From IMG/VR virus record IMGVR_UViG_3300031569_000005, positions 1 through 60,479 of that record: 60,479 nucleotides of DNA, one strand, 5' to 3'. Both the position numbers and the translations under genes were made by a program. The DNA is from a virus (taxonomy: Duplodnaviria > Caudoviricetes). Within the stretch, counting starts at the first letter, position 1. Each line of letters begins with the position of its first letter. Shown piece by piece: positions 39,167 through 49,374 of this stretch. A model generated the notes under the pieces. It saw only the letters and a list, made by a program, of their open reading frames with translations, searched no databases and was not told the origin of the DNA.

Positions 39167-42040
39167 TTAATCTTCTCCCTCCGGAGCTCCACTTGCTAAA
39201 TTACTTTTGAAATTTTTTCCTGGGAAATAATTTTCAATTACTGATCTTACATCTGATGGCCAAGTAAAGTAATACTTACTATTTTGTCGATTCAGTTTTC
39301 CTCTTGCATATTCAATACAATCATATTGCTGTTTAATCATATATTGTACAATATCATCAATACGTACTCTTATATTCTCGCCCTGTTCAAACAACGTTAA
39401 ATCTATATCATCAAATGCAGTTTCAATATTTTCTAAATCTGTTAATATTTGTCGGAATTGGCCCACTGTATTAGAATTTATAATTCGTTCATCTATTGCT
39501 GCTATATCAATTAATGCTTGATCGACTAATAACCTAGTTGATTCAAATGATGTATCTATTTCTATACACTTATCAAAGAGGTCTACTGCTTGTCCATCTT
39601 GACTAGTTAAGTCAGCAACTTCCTTACGTACAAATTCTAAATAAATATATGTACCTATTATTAGTTTCATATATGAAACTTTCTTTAATAAGTCTCTTTG
39701 CCTATTACCTGCCTGCCCCCGGGGCATCCCGCGTCGAAATGGATGTCCTCTAGGTGTTAGATCTAAGTCCAACAATAATGATTTAACTGCTATTCCTATA
39801 CCTGCCACTGCCGCTACACCTGCTGCTATTGGTAATGCTCCAATAGCTATACCAACACCTGCAGCGCCAGCTATTCCGCCACCAATGCCTGCCCCAACGG
39901 CTAAACCAGTTGCAATACCAACTCCCGCGGCTGCTCCAGCGCCGGCTCCGATAGCAGCTGAAGCTGCAAAACTTGCTCCGCCTGGAACTCCATCTAAATC
40001 ATTTGCTGTTAATAAATGTTTATCTCCAGTATTTAAATATTGAGACAATTCACTTAATATTGAATCATCTCTTTTAACTAATCTGGTAAAGTCTCTAAAT
40101 GGCGGATCATAAAATAAAGCATCTTCAGCATTTTGACTCATAAATAAAAATAATCTATCTGCCCTTTCGCATAATCGCATAAAACTTGAATCGGTTTTTT
40201 TCTGTGAATATCTTTTTCTCCACTTCTTTTTCTTAAATTGAAACTTATCACGTGAAAACATTATTTTATATATATCGCCGGCCGGCCCTAAGGACGTATT
40301 AATATAATTTTTATAATTTGCTGGCGCAGCACTAAATCGTTGATCTAATTCTGATGCTCGAGCTGATAATGCCGGTAATAATTCCATTATATCTTTTTTG
40401 ATAGAATCGATCGCCGCTTGGGCTGCAGCTTGTTGTCGTAATGTTAATAGTTGGTCTTTAGGGTAATATGCAATTGATCCTGCAGGCTCATATGGTTTTA
40501 AATAATCAATATCAAATGGAGCACCGCCATTATTATAGTTGTTTAAATAATCTTCATACTCCTGTGGCTCTAATCTATCTACTTCAGCAATATGAGAAAA
40601 ATCACTCCAGCCGGGAGATTTAGCTTCTCCGGCGACAGCATTTTGATAATCAGTTACGATTTTATTGAAACTCGGAAATAAAGGATCTCCCGGTATCGGA
40701 ACTCTTCCGGTGGCATAATTAAATACTGCTTCATAAAATGCTCTAATTTTATCTGTTTGTTCTTTTATATCGCCATCTAAAATATTATCATCTTGAAATA
40801 CTGATACTCCGCCATTTTCAACCAATTTATTAATTAGGCCATTGGCACCATATAATCCTCCACGCAAAAATCCAGTTTCTAATGTACCACTAGTATTTAA
40901 TATTGTTTCAAATTCTGCTCGTGATACAAAATCTATTCCAGATAAGTCAATATTATTAATGATTGCATATTCACGTAATACATTGGAAGAAATAACTTGT
41001 TTCCAATAACCATTAATCATCATACGTATTAAAAATACCAGATCGTCACTCAAGACTGGCGGTGTGCCGTTAGTTACTATTGTGTTATTATATGGTATAC
41101 TCCACTGTAATGCTATTAATTTACCTTCATATTTAGCTCGAAGTTTTTCTCTGTATGTTTGTTTTTGATATACTTTAGGATCATAAAATCCATTAATTCT
41201 CTTCGCCGGGACTATCAAATAATCGCCAGGATCTCTTAGAAATTGTGTAGCATTTTCATCTTGACCGGGTCTGTAACCACTAGCAAATCTAATCCTAGGA
41301 TTCCAACTAACAGACCGATCCAGGACTTGACGAAATCTAAACTCTTCTACTGGGTCAATAGTTCCGTCATTATCGGCTGTAAATTTACCGTCTAACTCTA
41401 AATCAAATTCTTTAGTTTGCTCCACTGTAGCTTCTTTTATATCACTATAAGTTTTACTACGTTCTACTAACATGACTTCTAATGTTTTATAATTAGGTAT
41501 TGGTAATGCAGCACTGTTTTCTATATAAAATACACAAAAAGTAGATTTTACTACCTTATCTGGTTCAATGCCATTAGCCATTCTCGCATCAATTACAGCC
41601 GGACCACGTTTTATATATTCGTTATGAAAATCAGGCGGATTGAGATTAACTTCTTTATTGATTAAAAATAATCCATCGGTCCTAGGAGCTGATATAACAT
41701 CTTCGTCTAAAAAATATTCCCATTCATCTTCTAATATATCGTCTAAGTCATCATCATCAATAGTAGGCAACATTTTATTAACTGCATACTTAGCATGTGT
41801 TATTTGTTCGGCATTCAAATCTAAAATTTGATTGTCATTACGATTTGTTAAATTAATATCATCGACTGATATTAAAGGGGGTTCTATTTTCTCAGTATTG
41901 GTTTGAGATACTCGTGTTTTGCCGTTAGCATATAACGGGTCATCCGGAAATTCTTCTCGCATTACATTAATTAATAATGAATGTAAATCTTCCGTCTCTA
42001 CCTGATTACTATCTTCTCTATCTATAAATTTATTTGCCAT
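39167..42040 (-). CDS. Hypothetical virion protein with a long Gly/Ala hydrophobic segment
   Basis: 957 aa; ~70-aa GA-rich hydrophobic stretch flanked by helical regions. Confidence 0.6.
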   Translation of the reverse strand: MANKFIDREDSNQVETEDLHSLLINVMREEFPDDPLYANGKTRVSQTNTEKIEPPLISVDDINLTNRNDNQILDLNAEQITHAKYAVNKMLPTIDDDDLDDILEDEWEYFLDEDVISAPRTDGLFLINKEVNLNPPDFHNEYIKRGPAVIDARMANGIEPDKVVKSTFCVFYIENSAALPIPNYKTLEVMLVERSKTYSDIKEATVEQTKEFDLELDGKFTADNDGTIDPVEEFRFRQVLDRSVSWNPRIRFASGYRPGQDENATQFLRDPGDYLIVPAKRINGFYDPKVYQKQTYREKLRAKYEGKLIALQWSIPYNNTIVTNGTPPVLSDDLVFLIRMMINGYWKQVISSNVLREYAIINNIDLSGIDFVSRAEFETILNTSGTLETGFLRGGLYGANGLINKLVENGGVSVFQDDNILDGDIKEQTDKIRAFYEAVFNYATGRVPIPGDPLFPSFNKIVTDYQNAVAGEAKSPGWSDFSHIAEVDRLEPQEYEDYLNNYNNGGAPFDIDYLKPYEPAGSIAYYPKDQLLTLRQQAAAQAAIDSIKKDIMELLPALSARASELDQRFSAAPANYKNYINTSLGPAGDIYKIMFSRDKFQFKKKKWRKRYSQKKTDSSFMRLCERADRLFLFMSQNAEDALFYDPPFRDFTRLVKRDDSILSELSQYLNTGDKHLLTANDLDGVPGGASFAASAAIGAGAGAAAGVGIATGLAVGAGIGGGIAGAAGVGIAIGALPIAAGVAAVAGIGIAVKSLLLDLDLTPRGHPFRRGMPRGQAGNRQRDLLKKVSYMKLIIGTYIYLEFVRKEVADLTSQDGQAVDLFDKCIEIDTSFESTRLLVDQALIDIAAIDERIINSNTVGQFRQILTDLENIETAFDDIDLTLFEQGENIRVRIDDIVQYMIKQQYDCIEYARGKLNRQNSKYYFTWPSDVRSVIENYFPGKNFKSNLASGAPEGED

Positions 42041-43191
42041 TATTTAACAACCTTAAAATAAAATCTATCATCATGTATTTGCGTATCATCGCCATTATCT
42101 CTAATTACCTTTAAAGATATCTTATAATATCGTTCTGGTAAAAAAGTATTTAAATTTAATTTGAAAAAGCTGCCATTCGAATCACAAGATATCTGAGTAG
42201 CACTTTTTATAGTCTCATCAAATGGTATTATGACCTCATTAGTAACTGTATCTGAAACACTGTAATAACTAGTTACCGGTAATCTATCATTTGTTAAATA
42301 AAAAGAACTAGTTGCATAACTACTCACTGGAAATTCTGGACGGACGCCTATTCTAAATTTTGTTATGTCGCCGGATCTGTATTCTGGTCTAATATTTTTT
42401 ATATAAGGCACATACATGTCAGTTGCAATTTCATTAAATGACCCTGTGCCGGATAAATTGACATCGTTATATGCAACTTCTAATCTAGGTAAAAATATGG
42501 TATGTGATTCTCTTCCAAAAAACTTAATTGTTCCTAATATAGATCCATTTATTTCTTGATCATATTTTCGTTTAATCATAAATCCATTATTAGCAATATC
42601 ACTATCAACCCAACGTTGTACTATATCAGTAACATTCATTCGAATGTCTGGTGATTGATTTTGAAAGGACTGACTAGCTTCATATCCTGAACCTGTCATC
42701 CACGTTCCGCCTCCTTGATTATCAAACACTCCCGGATTGTTATAACTAGCAGCAGATCCAGTTGTCCAAACAGTACCAGGATTTTTTGCATCCTTGTAAT
42801 GCCAAGATGCACCATTAGTAGTTATTGGAATATCTGCATGTGTTCCATTTCCATTACTCCATGATTCAGATATTGGAAATGCTTTAATAGTATATGATAA
42901 AGGAAGATCGGATGCATCTGATGCTTTGAGAGTTAGAAAGACTGAAGATGAATTAATTCCAGTACCTATTGGAGGTATTTTTCCGTTACTAACATCTGCT
43001 GTTATAGAAGATATCTGTGTTCCAAAATCTAATAATATTCTTGTATTAGTAGTATTTGCTTGTATAATACCATTTAACTTAGAGCCAGAACTAACTTTAG
43101 TTAATTCTAATATCTGATCTATTCCAGTATTTTGATCTGGAAATTTTTCATATAATGTCGTATCTCTTTCTGCGAAATATAATTGATACAT
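42040..43191 (-). CDS. Structural protein with DNRLRE-like beta-sandwich domain
   Basis: DTTLYE..NTG..RILLDF..MNVTDIVQRW..NNGFMIK..PRLEV pattern. Confidence 0.55.
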   Translation of the reverse strand: MYQLYFAERDTTLYEKFPDQNTGIDQILELTKVSSGSKLNGIIQANTTNTRILLDFGTQISSITADVSNGKIPPIGTGINSSSVFLTLKASDASDLPLSYTIKAFPISESWSNGNGTHADIPITTNGASWHYKDAKNPGTVWTTGSAASYNNPGVFDNQGGGTWMTGSGYEASQSFQNQSPDIRMNVTDIVQRWVDSDIANNGFMIKRKYDQEINGSILGTIKFFGRESHTIFLPRLEVAYNDVNLSGTGSFNEIATDMYVPYIKNIRPEYRSGDITKFRIGVRPEFPVSSYATSSFYLTNDRLPVTSYYSVSDTVTNEVIIPFDETIKSATQISCDSNGSFFKLNLNTFLPERYYKISLKVIRDNGDDTQIHDDRFYFKVVK

Positions 43192-43199
43192 TTGTTTCC

Positions 43200-45077
43200 T
43201 TAATTACTTATTACTTTTCCTTTGATATCCGAATTAGGAAATCTTATTTCAAATATACTAGGGTCTAAACTAGGATATACAATATTATTCTTTGTAGCTG
43301 TTTCAATATCATATAAATTACCTACATATCCTTTTGTCAAATCATAAAAATTGACAATTTCAAATTTCGGTACGCTTTGAACTCCCTCTGTTTTATCTAC
43401 CTCTGTTACTAAATTAGATATATTTAATGGCATATTAATTTGCATAGAATCATTTTCAAATAAACGCTTTAACAAATCAATACATCTTAATAAAACTTCA
43501 TTACTGTTATATCTAGGTAAAGGTATAATTTCAAAATTAATTCCTATATTAATTACGTGCGCAGATTTTATATTTAATGCATCTGTTAGCATTCTGAAAT
43601 TTGATAAATAAGTTCTTAAATTTTGTCTTAATGCTACATTTAATGGTACAAATCTTTTTTCATTATCATATGCTAATGTATATAAATTTAATGCCATTGG
43701 ATTAGAAATTGTTTCGCGAGGATATGATACATCAGATGAATCTTGTTGTGAATCACCAATTACATATGCTTTAGCAACAGATCCAAATTTCTTTGGCATT
43801 GAATAACAACGTACTATATAATCTTCTCTAGTTATTGCTCTATTCTGTGCTGCAAATGACGCCATTGCACTTTGTCTCAAACTTTCTATATTCTGCTTTT
43901 CTAGCCCACCAACAGCCGGGACTGGATTATTTACGGCAACAGTACTTTTAACATAATCTAAATCGACGCCGGTATAATTAATACTATCATTATATGATAT
44001 AGTATCAATTGTATTAATTGAATTAACAACAACATTATCTTTTATTCCGCCGCCGACTGTATATGTAATAGTTAATACAATATTATCTGGGGCTAATCCA
44101 TATGTACGTGTTTTTAAAAAGTTAGTAGGATCTACACTAGTAGTAGTTGTTCGATTTAAATATTCTAATCCCATTCCTACATTTTTCGGATTCGGTATTA
44201 ATTCTTCATCCGCGTCCGAGCTTATTCCTGAGCCAAAAACTAATTCTGTTTTATTATCATCTCTCAATCTCGTAATAAATCTCCTAGGAGTCCTTTTTAA
44301 TTTTAATATGTATGGTACTGTTGATTTATATTCAGCTAAAACCTCGTCATTAAATTTAATATTTAATATGTCATTAAAAATAGTATCTTGTGCTAAATAA
44401 TCTACTTCATGCCATTCATTTCCTCTGTTATCTATCATTGATACAATATCTATTATGTTAGTATCTGGTAATGTAATTTTATCATATGCTTTTGGATCAC
44501 CGAATGAATATGTAGATGTAACAATTTCTCCAGACTTAACTGGTACTTGTTTTTTAAATAAATAATACTGAACATTACCATCTGCATCTAATTCATATAC
44601 AGAAATATCTAAAGGATCATTTGATGAATCTACATTAAAATCTACATTTTCTAATGTTCTAAATAAAGTATTATTGCCGCCTACTAATCTTGCACCTTCA
44701 TTGACATTTAATGCATATCTATAATCCGGTTTAGCGTTGGCTCCGGATCCTATAGCCGGTATTAATTGAAATATATCTACCATACAATTAGCCGGTGAAT
44801 TTAATTTTGACTTAAATCCAAATAATTGAGCTAATTGTAATACACTGCTATTTTCTTGTGCACTACTTAATAAATTTTCTTTAAATGATTGATCTGAATA
44901 AAATGAAAGAACATCACCTACATATGATGCCATTTCTATAAACATCATCCCTGGAGATGTTTCATTAAAATCTGCGTATGTATCCGGAAAATAATTTTTT
45001 GCAAAATTTATTAAATTCTGTCTAAATTGTCCGAAATCTTTATTTAAATATTTTACGTCTTTTTTTATAAGTTCCAT
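43200..45077 (-). CDS. Baseplate wedge subunit (T4 gp6 / baseplate J-like)
   Basis: KDFGQFRQNL..YADF..GMMFIEMASYVGDVLSFY; LVFGSG; Y.VGGG; AQNRAITREDY. Confidence 0.9.
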   Translation of the reverse strand: MELIKKDVKYLNKDFGQFRQNLINFAKNYFPDTYADFNETSPGMMFIEMASYVGDVLSFYSDQSFKENLLSSAQENSSVLQLAQLFGFKSKLNSPANCMVDIFQLIPAIGSGANAKPDYRYALNVNEGARLVGGNNTLFRTLENVDFNVDSSNDPLDISVYELDADGNVQYYLFKKQVPVKSGEIVTSTYSFGDPKAYDKITLPDTNIIDIVSMIDNRGNEWHEVDYLAQDTIFNDILNIKFNDEVLAEYKSTVPYILKLKRTPRRFITRLRDDNKTELVFGSGISSDADEELIPNPKNVGMGLEYLNRTTTTSVDPTNFLKTRTYGLAPDNIVLTITYTVGGGIKDNVVVNSINTIDTISYNDSINYTGVDLDYVKSTVAVNNPVPAVGGLEKQNIESLRQSAMASFAAQNRAITREDYIVRCYSMPKKFGSVAKAYVIGDSQQDSSDVSYPRETISNPMALNLYTLAYDNEKRFVPLNVALRQNLRTYLSNFRMLTDALNIKSAHVINIGINFEIIPLPRYNSNEVLLRCIDLLKRLFENDSMQINMPLNISNLVTEVDKTEGVQSVPKFEIVNFYDLTKGYVGNLYDIETATKNNIVYPSLDPSIFEIRFPNSDIKGKVISN

Positions 45078-45079
45078 TA

Positions 45080-45619
45080 TTAATATCCTCCACCAATTGG
45101 AGCTAGTTGCAATTCTACTTCTGCCGTTCCTCCGTCTTGTACTATCACGGAATCCGGAGATGCAAAAATTACTATTTCTTGATTTGCTCCATTTTCAGTA
45201 ACACTAAATGATAATCTAATAGCAATTTGCTGATTATCAATATTTCTTACAATTTTTAATTCGTTAATTTTAATATACGGTAACCATTTTTCAATATCAG
45301 CTGTTACCGTCTCTTGTAGTTGTAATTCTAAATCAAGTGTACTATTTTCAAATAATGCTGCTTGTATATTAGTTCCAAAATCTGGTAAAAAATATCTTTC
45401 ACCTTTTCTAGTAAGTATCAAATTCTTTAAATTACTTAATGACTGTTCTTCGGTTGTATATGAAGATACAAACACGCCTTTACCGGACGAAGGATCTGCG
45501 TTATATGCAGCATCAGTGGCTCTAGTTCCGCCGGCGGATTTATTTAATGGCAACAATATGCCCAACGGCTGATCTGGTGTATCATTATATGGTTGATATT
45601 GGTATACTTGTCTAGGCAA
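45080..45619 (-). CDS. Baseplate wedge subunit (gp25/GPW family)
   Basis: NLKNLILTRKGERYFLPDFGT..LFE..IEKWLPYI. Confidence 0.9.
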   Translation of the reverse strand: MPRQVYQYQPYNDTPDQPLGILLPLNKSAGGTRATDAAYNADPSSGKGVFVSSYTTEEQSLSNLKNLILTRKGERYFLPDFGTNIQAALFENSTLDLELQLQETVTADIEKWLPYIKINELKIVRNIDNQQIAIRLSFSVTENGANQEIVIFASPDSVIVQDGGTAEVELQLAPIGGGY

Positions 45620-46072
45620 TTATTTGATTCCTTTTTTCTTGTCAATTGCTTTCATCAATGACGAATAATCTTTTGTCATTGCATTAACAACAGTAGCAAC
45701 ATTTTTATTATTTGTATCAACAGGTTTTCCTTGTATGTCTGTTAATGGTGCTGTATTAGGCTGTCCAAATGACTCTGCCATTTCACTCTTAAATGACGCC
45801 ATCGATGGATATTCTTGTTGTGTATTACCTCCGCTATTAAAGCCAGAAGTTTCATTTAGTATATCATTTAACATAGTATCTTTAACATACTTCCTGGCTG
45901 GTTTAGTCGGTGTATTAGATACCATATTAGATAGATCTAACCCATGAGTTATTGCCTTTGAATGATTTGTTTTCTGTTCAGTTAATACAGATCTCAATTC
46001 TTTACGTACAACTGATTGTACTTCTTCTCTTATAACTTTACGTAATAGTTTTACGAATAATTCTGATTTCAT
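45620..46072 (-). CDS. Hypothetical protein, putative head-targeted
   Basis: LLRKVIREEV...VLTE, ILNE sites; SD AAGGA; late motif. Confidence 0.6.
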   Translation of the reverse strand: MKSELFVKLLRKVIREEVQSVVRKELRSVLTEQKTNHSKAITHGLDLSNMVSNTPTKPARKYVKDTMLNDILNETSGFNSGGNTQQEYPSMASFKSEMAESFGQPNTAPLTDIQGKPVDTNNKNVATVVNAMTKDYSSLMKAIDKKKGIK

Positions 46073-46086
46073 TACTTATCCTTTTT

Positions 46087-46095
46087 TATAAATAT
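46087..46095 (-). promoter_or_regulatory. Putative late promoter ATATTTATA
   Basis: Motif copy 14 nt upstream of ATG 46072. Confidence 0.65.
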
Positions 46096-46113
46096 CATTG
46101 TATACTAATTCAG

Positions 46114-46929
46114 TTATGTTATTCCGTTAAATACTACAATAGTAAATGGCGGTAATGACCCTGGTGGTAGAAATCCAATATAAATTCCTATAATTGTTGA
46201 TAGATGATTACTAAATGCTTTTGTTAAATTAGTTGCTGTAGCCTGGGGACTATTACTTTTAGTCATAGCAAAATGCAAATCTTTGGCTAATAATAATGGA
46301 TTACCCGGGAACAACACAATAGGACTAGGTATTAATACTACTGGATCATTAGCTACTGCTTGGCCGGTTATTCTATCAAATAATGATTTAGTGTCGCCCA
46401 TACCATTTGCACCGGTACCATCGCCGCCACCTCCGCCGCTACTGCCGTTAACGCCGCCGCTCCCATCTCCACTTATATTAGCAAAAGAATTAGCATTCCC
46501 GCTAGAATTAGATTTTTGCACAACTCCCATTACAGAATTAAATTGATCTTCACTTATAAAGAATCCAGCTGGTACCGGGGCTACGCATGGAGGCGCCGGA
46601 GGGAATGGACTAATTAACACACCTACACCAGGAGTCCAATATTTTATAAATGCTAATGCGGCCGGAAGGAAATCTGCTACTGTTAGTCTTCTATCTTTAC
46701 CTCTGTTAGCACTTAACATTTTATCTATAGCATCACGTAAAATTTTTTGACGTAGTGGCCCATTAAGTACGGGCTGAGGTGTAGGCCCTGAACCATATTT
46801 AACTGTTATTGGCGTAGTTGCTACTGTATATGCTGCAGCTAACATCTTAACAAATTGATCTTGAGATAAAGTCCCTTTAGTTAAAAAGTGAGTTACTGTT
46901 TGTTCGAATGGAGGCCAAAGCGCTGGCAT
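46114..46929 (-). CDS. Hypothetical Pro/Gly-rich baseplate-associated protein
   Basis: 271 aa with PFPPAPPC and a poly-Gly linker; coupled to the spike-like gene. Confidence 0.55.
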   Translation of the reverse strand: MPALWPPFEQTVTHFLTKGTLSQDQFVKMLAAAYTVATTPITVKYGSGPTPQPVLNGPLRQKILRDAIDKMLSANRGKDRRLTVADFLPAALAFIKYWTPGVGVLISPFPPAPPCVAPVPAGFFISEDQFNSVMGVVQKSNSSGNANSFANISGDGSGGVNGSSGGGGGDGTGANGMGDTKSLFDRITGQAVANDPVVLIPSPIVLFPGNPLLLAKDLHFAMTKSNSPQATATNLTKAFSNHLSTIIGIYIGFLPPGSLPPFTIVVFNGIT

Positions 46930-47933
46930 TATTGCTTCATAAGTTTTAATTTGGTTTGTATGATCGTTGCAGCTGCTAATAATGTAGGATTTCCGGTAGT
47001 CGGACCAACACCGGTTAAATAATTCGATTCGGCACGTGCTGTCTTTAATATTTCTTCTAGAAACTCATCAAATAAATCAAAGAACTTATTCATTTCCATT
47101 GCCCATGTCGGTGTTGCAATATTCACATCTTCATTTGCCGATAATATAATATTATCCTTACGTGCATTAAATAATAATCTATCAGATGAAATTATTACTT
47201 GAGAATCTGAATATGTCTTTATACTGCCATTATTAATAGCACTTCCTAATTTTGTTTGTGACGAATCGATATCAATTTTTTGATCAGATGTTAAATATAT
47301 TAATGATTTATCTGTCTTAGGATCTTCTATTGTTAATTTAGCTCCTATTTGCTTATAACCATTAGTTAACATTAAAATAGGACTTAATACATCACCGCCA
47401 TCCCATGGAGTGTTTTTATTTTCATATGTTATCTTTTCTTGGTCTTTTATATTATTAGAAGAGAATCTGATAGAAGAACCGAATCTAGAATAAATTATTT
47501 TATCACCTTCATATGATTGTAGTCGCGAGATATCCGTATTATCTTCAATTATACTAGGCTTATTTTTTTCTATGCCCTTTTCTTGGTTAGGTTTTGTTGG
47601 CGGCGCAGCTGATTGTACACCAAATAATTTATTTTCATTGACCCTATCAAATATATTTATTATCTTAGTATAATAAAATTGATGTCTTTGAAAATAAGGA
47701 TCTGCATCTCTATTTAATAATGCAATAACTAATACATATTCGCCGACTAAAGGAATATCAGTCATATAAGGATCTAATGGCATTGCCATTTCGACTGTTG
47801 TAGACTTTTGTGACATATTAAATCGTTTAAATTTAATTGCGCCCTGAGGAAATAGCTGTTGAGTTAATTGACTCTCAGTTTCTTTATATGAGATCTCGTT
47901 GTTTACTACTTCCGCTGCTATGAACTTTGCCAT
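46929..47933 (-). CDS. Baseplate hub/central spike protein (gp5/gpV-like, no lysozyme domain)
   Basis: IPLVGEYVLV OB-fold motif, YEGD.I..SRFGSSIRF, QVIISSDRLLFNAR beta-helix; start moved to ATG 47933 because AAGGA lies 5 nt upstream of it. Confidence 0.6.
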   Translation of the reverse strand: MAKFIAAEVVNNEISYKETESQLTQQLFPQGAIKFKRFNMSQKSTTVEMAMPLDPYMTDIPLVGEYVLVIALLNRDADPYFQRHQFYYTKIINIFDRVNENKLFGVQSAAPPTKPNQEKGIEKNKPSIIEDNTDISRLQSYEGDKIIYSRFGSSIRFSSNNIKDQEKITYENKNTPWDGGDVLSPILMLTNGYKQIGAKLTIEDPKTDKSLIYLTSDQKIDIDSSQTKLGSAINNGSIKTYSDSQVIISSDRLLFNARKDNIILSANEDVNIATPTWAMEMNKFFDLFDEFLEEILKTARAESNYLTGVGPTTGNPTLLAAATIIQTKLKLMKQ

Positions 47934-48294
47934 CGGCATCCTTATCTTGTGATTGTTTTATTATTTTTATTTCATTTTCTGCTTCTTCTAGAAGTCGATT
48001 ACGTTCTTCATCAGTCATTCCAAACTCATTGCCGTCATCATCTTTACTAGTAACTGAAATTATACGTTGAACTACTGCAGCTAGCTTAACTAATGCATCA
48101 TCATTTTTTACTGATACTTCTAGGTAATCTTTTAATATAGGAGCTATAATAGTAGCATCACCTATATTTTTGATATGCGGCTTAAGGTCTTGTATCAAAG
48201 AATCTATTTGTCTAGATTTCTTTTTTGAGTTATGGTATACATCTTTCATTAGATCTGAAAATGTAGTACCTGCAAATAATTCATATTCATTCAT
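47884..48294 (-). CDS. Hypothetical helical protein (possible terminase small subunit)
   Basis: 136 aa helical; late motif and SD; only a loose resemblance to gp16-type proteins. Confidence 0.35.
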   Translation of the reverse strand: MNEYELFAGTTFSDLMKDVYHNSKKKSRQIDSLIQDLKPHIKNIGDATIIAPILKDYLEVSVKNDDALVKLAAVVQRIISVTSKDDDGNEFGMTDEERNRLLEEAENEIKIIKQSQDKDADGKVHSSGSSKQRDLI

Positions 48295-48306
48295 ACAATC
48301 CTTTTA

Positions 48307-48315
48307 AATAAATAT
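48307..48315 (-). promoter_or_regulatory. Putative late promoter ATATTTATT
   Basis: Motif copy 12 nt upstream of ATG 48294. Confidence 0.6.
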
Positions 48316-48327
48316 AAGAGATTAATA

Positions 48328-49089
48328 TTATGAACGAAGCCTACCAGATTGTTGATAAGATATTAACATCTTTGCAAAATCTCTTCTCATAATATTGATT
48401 ACTTTAGTAATATTTTGAGTTTTTAATCCTGTTCTTTCACGTATTAAAATGTAAATTGCTTTTTTGTTAAAGTTTTCTATATTATCTGCCATTCTAAATA
48501 ATTCAACTACAGTATCTGCTACTAGAATATCTCTTTTATTAGTAAAGATCATATTCAAATTAGTATCATACCAATCACACCATAGTTTAACAAAATCTCT
48601 TAAAGACTCTTGATAACTAGTCATTGACATTTCATTTACTACATCACGGTGCTCATCAATTTCTATTGTATCTGCACGTCTTTTAAATTTTACATAGTTT
48701 GAATTATTCTGTATGATAAGATAATTCTTAGCAATAATAGAAAAATATGAAAATGCTTTACCTTTACCTTCTGTAAATTTAGTTATCTTTTCATTTAAGA
48801 ATGCAACTACTTCACATTTAATATCTTCATATGGTACATCAAAATAACTAAATTTAAATGTATGATATATGTTTTCTACTAACTTATTAAATGGATAGTC
48901 AATATATTCTCTATAAATTTTATTACGCAGATCAACATCGCCGCCTGTTTCTTTATTATAAGCTACAATTGCTTCTTGTGTGATATAAGTAAAGTATTGT
49001 TTTTTACTAGGCTTACGACCTCTTCTAGCACGAGGAGGTAATGTCTCTTCAACTTTTACCCATTTATAAAATTCTTCTATTGCGTTCAT
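48328..49089 (-). CDS. Phage sigma factor (gp55-like late sigma)
   Basis: YF..EAIVAYN..LVENI..FKF..EDIKCE..KF..KGKAFSYFSIIAKNYLI resembles sigma region 2 of gp55-type proteins. Confidence 0.7.
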   Translation of the reverse strand: MNAIEEFYKWVKVEETLPPRARRGRKPSKKQYFTYITQEAIVAYNKETGGDVDLRNKIYREYIDYPFNKLVENIYHTFKFSYFDVPYEDIKCEVVAFLNEKITKFTEGKGKAFSYFSIIAKNYLIIQNNSNYVKFKRRADTIEIDEHRDVVNEMSMTSYQESLRDFVKLWCDWYDTNLNMIFTNKRDILVADTVVELFRMADNIENFNKKAIYILIRERTGLKTQNITKVINIMRRDFAKMLISYQQSGRLRS

Positions 49090-49373
49090 TAAAATCTTTT
49101 ATTTAATTTTTCTATTATATCACTTATTTCTTTAAATACATATCCTGTCTCATCATCAGCTTCAAACGATCCTAATCTGTCTATCTGCTTTAAATGTGAA
49201 TTAGATTTATTTACTTGTGATTTTAAATCTTTAAAAAAAATATAAAAATCCGTATTTGATTTTTCTAGTTCTTCTACATAATCTTCATTTGCTTCTACTT
49301 TACGTGATAAATTTATAATAAATAAAATAGAACTTACTAATAATACTGATAAAATAATTACTGCCTCTTCCAT
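49089..49373 (-). CDS. Single-TM coiled-coil protein
   Basis: Likely start ATG 49373 (GGAG SD): MEEAVIILSVLLVSSILFIINL... Confidence 0.6.
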   Translation of the reverse strand: MEEAVIILSVLLVSSILFIINLSRKVEANEDYVEELEKSNTDFYIFFKDLKSQVNKSNSHLKQIDRLGSFEADDETGYVFKEISDIIEKLNKRF

Positions 49374-49374
49374 A

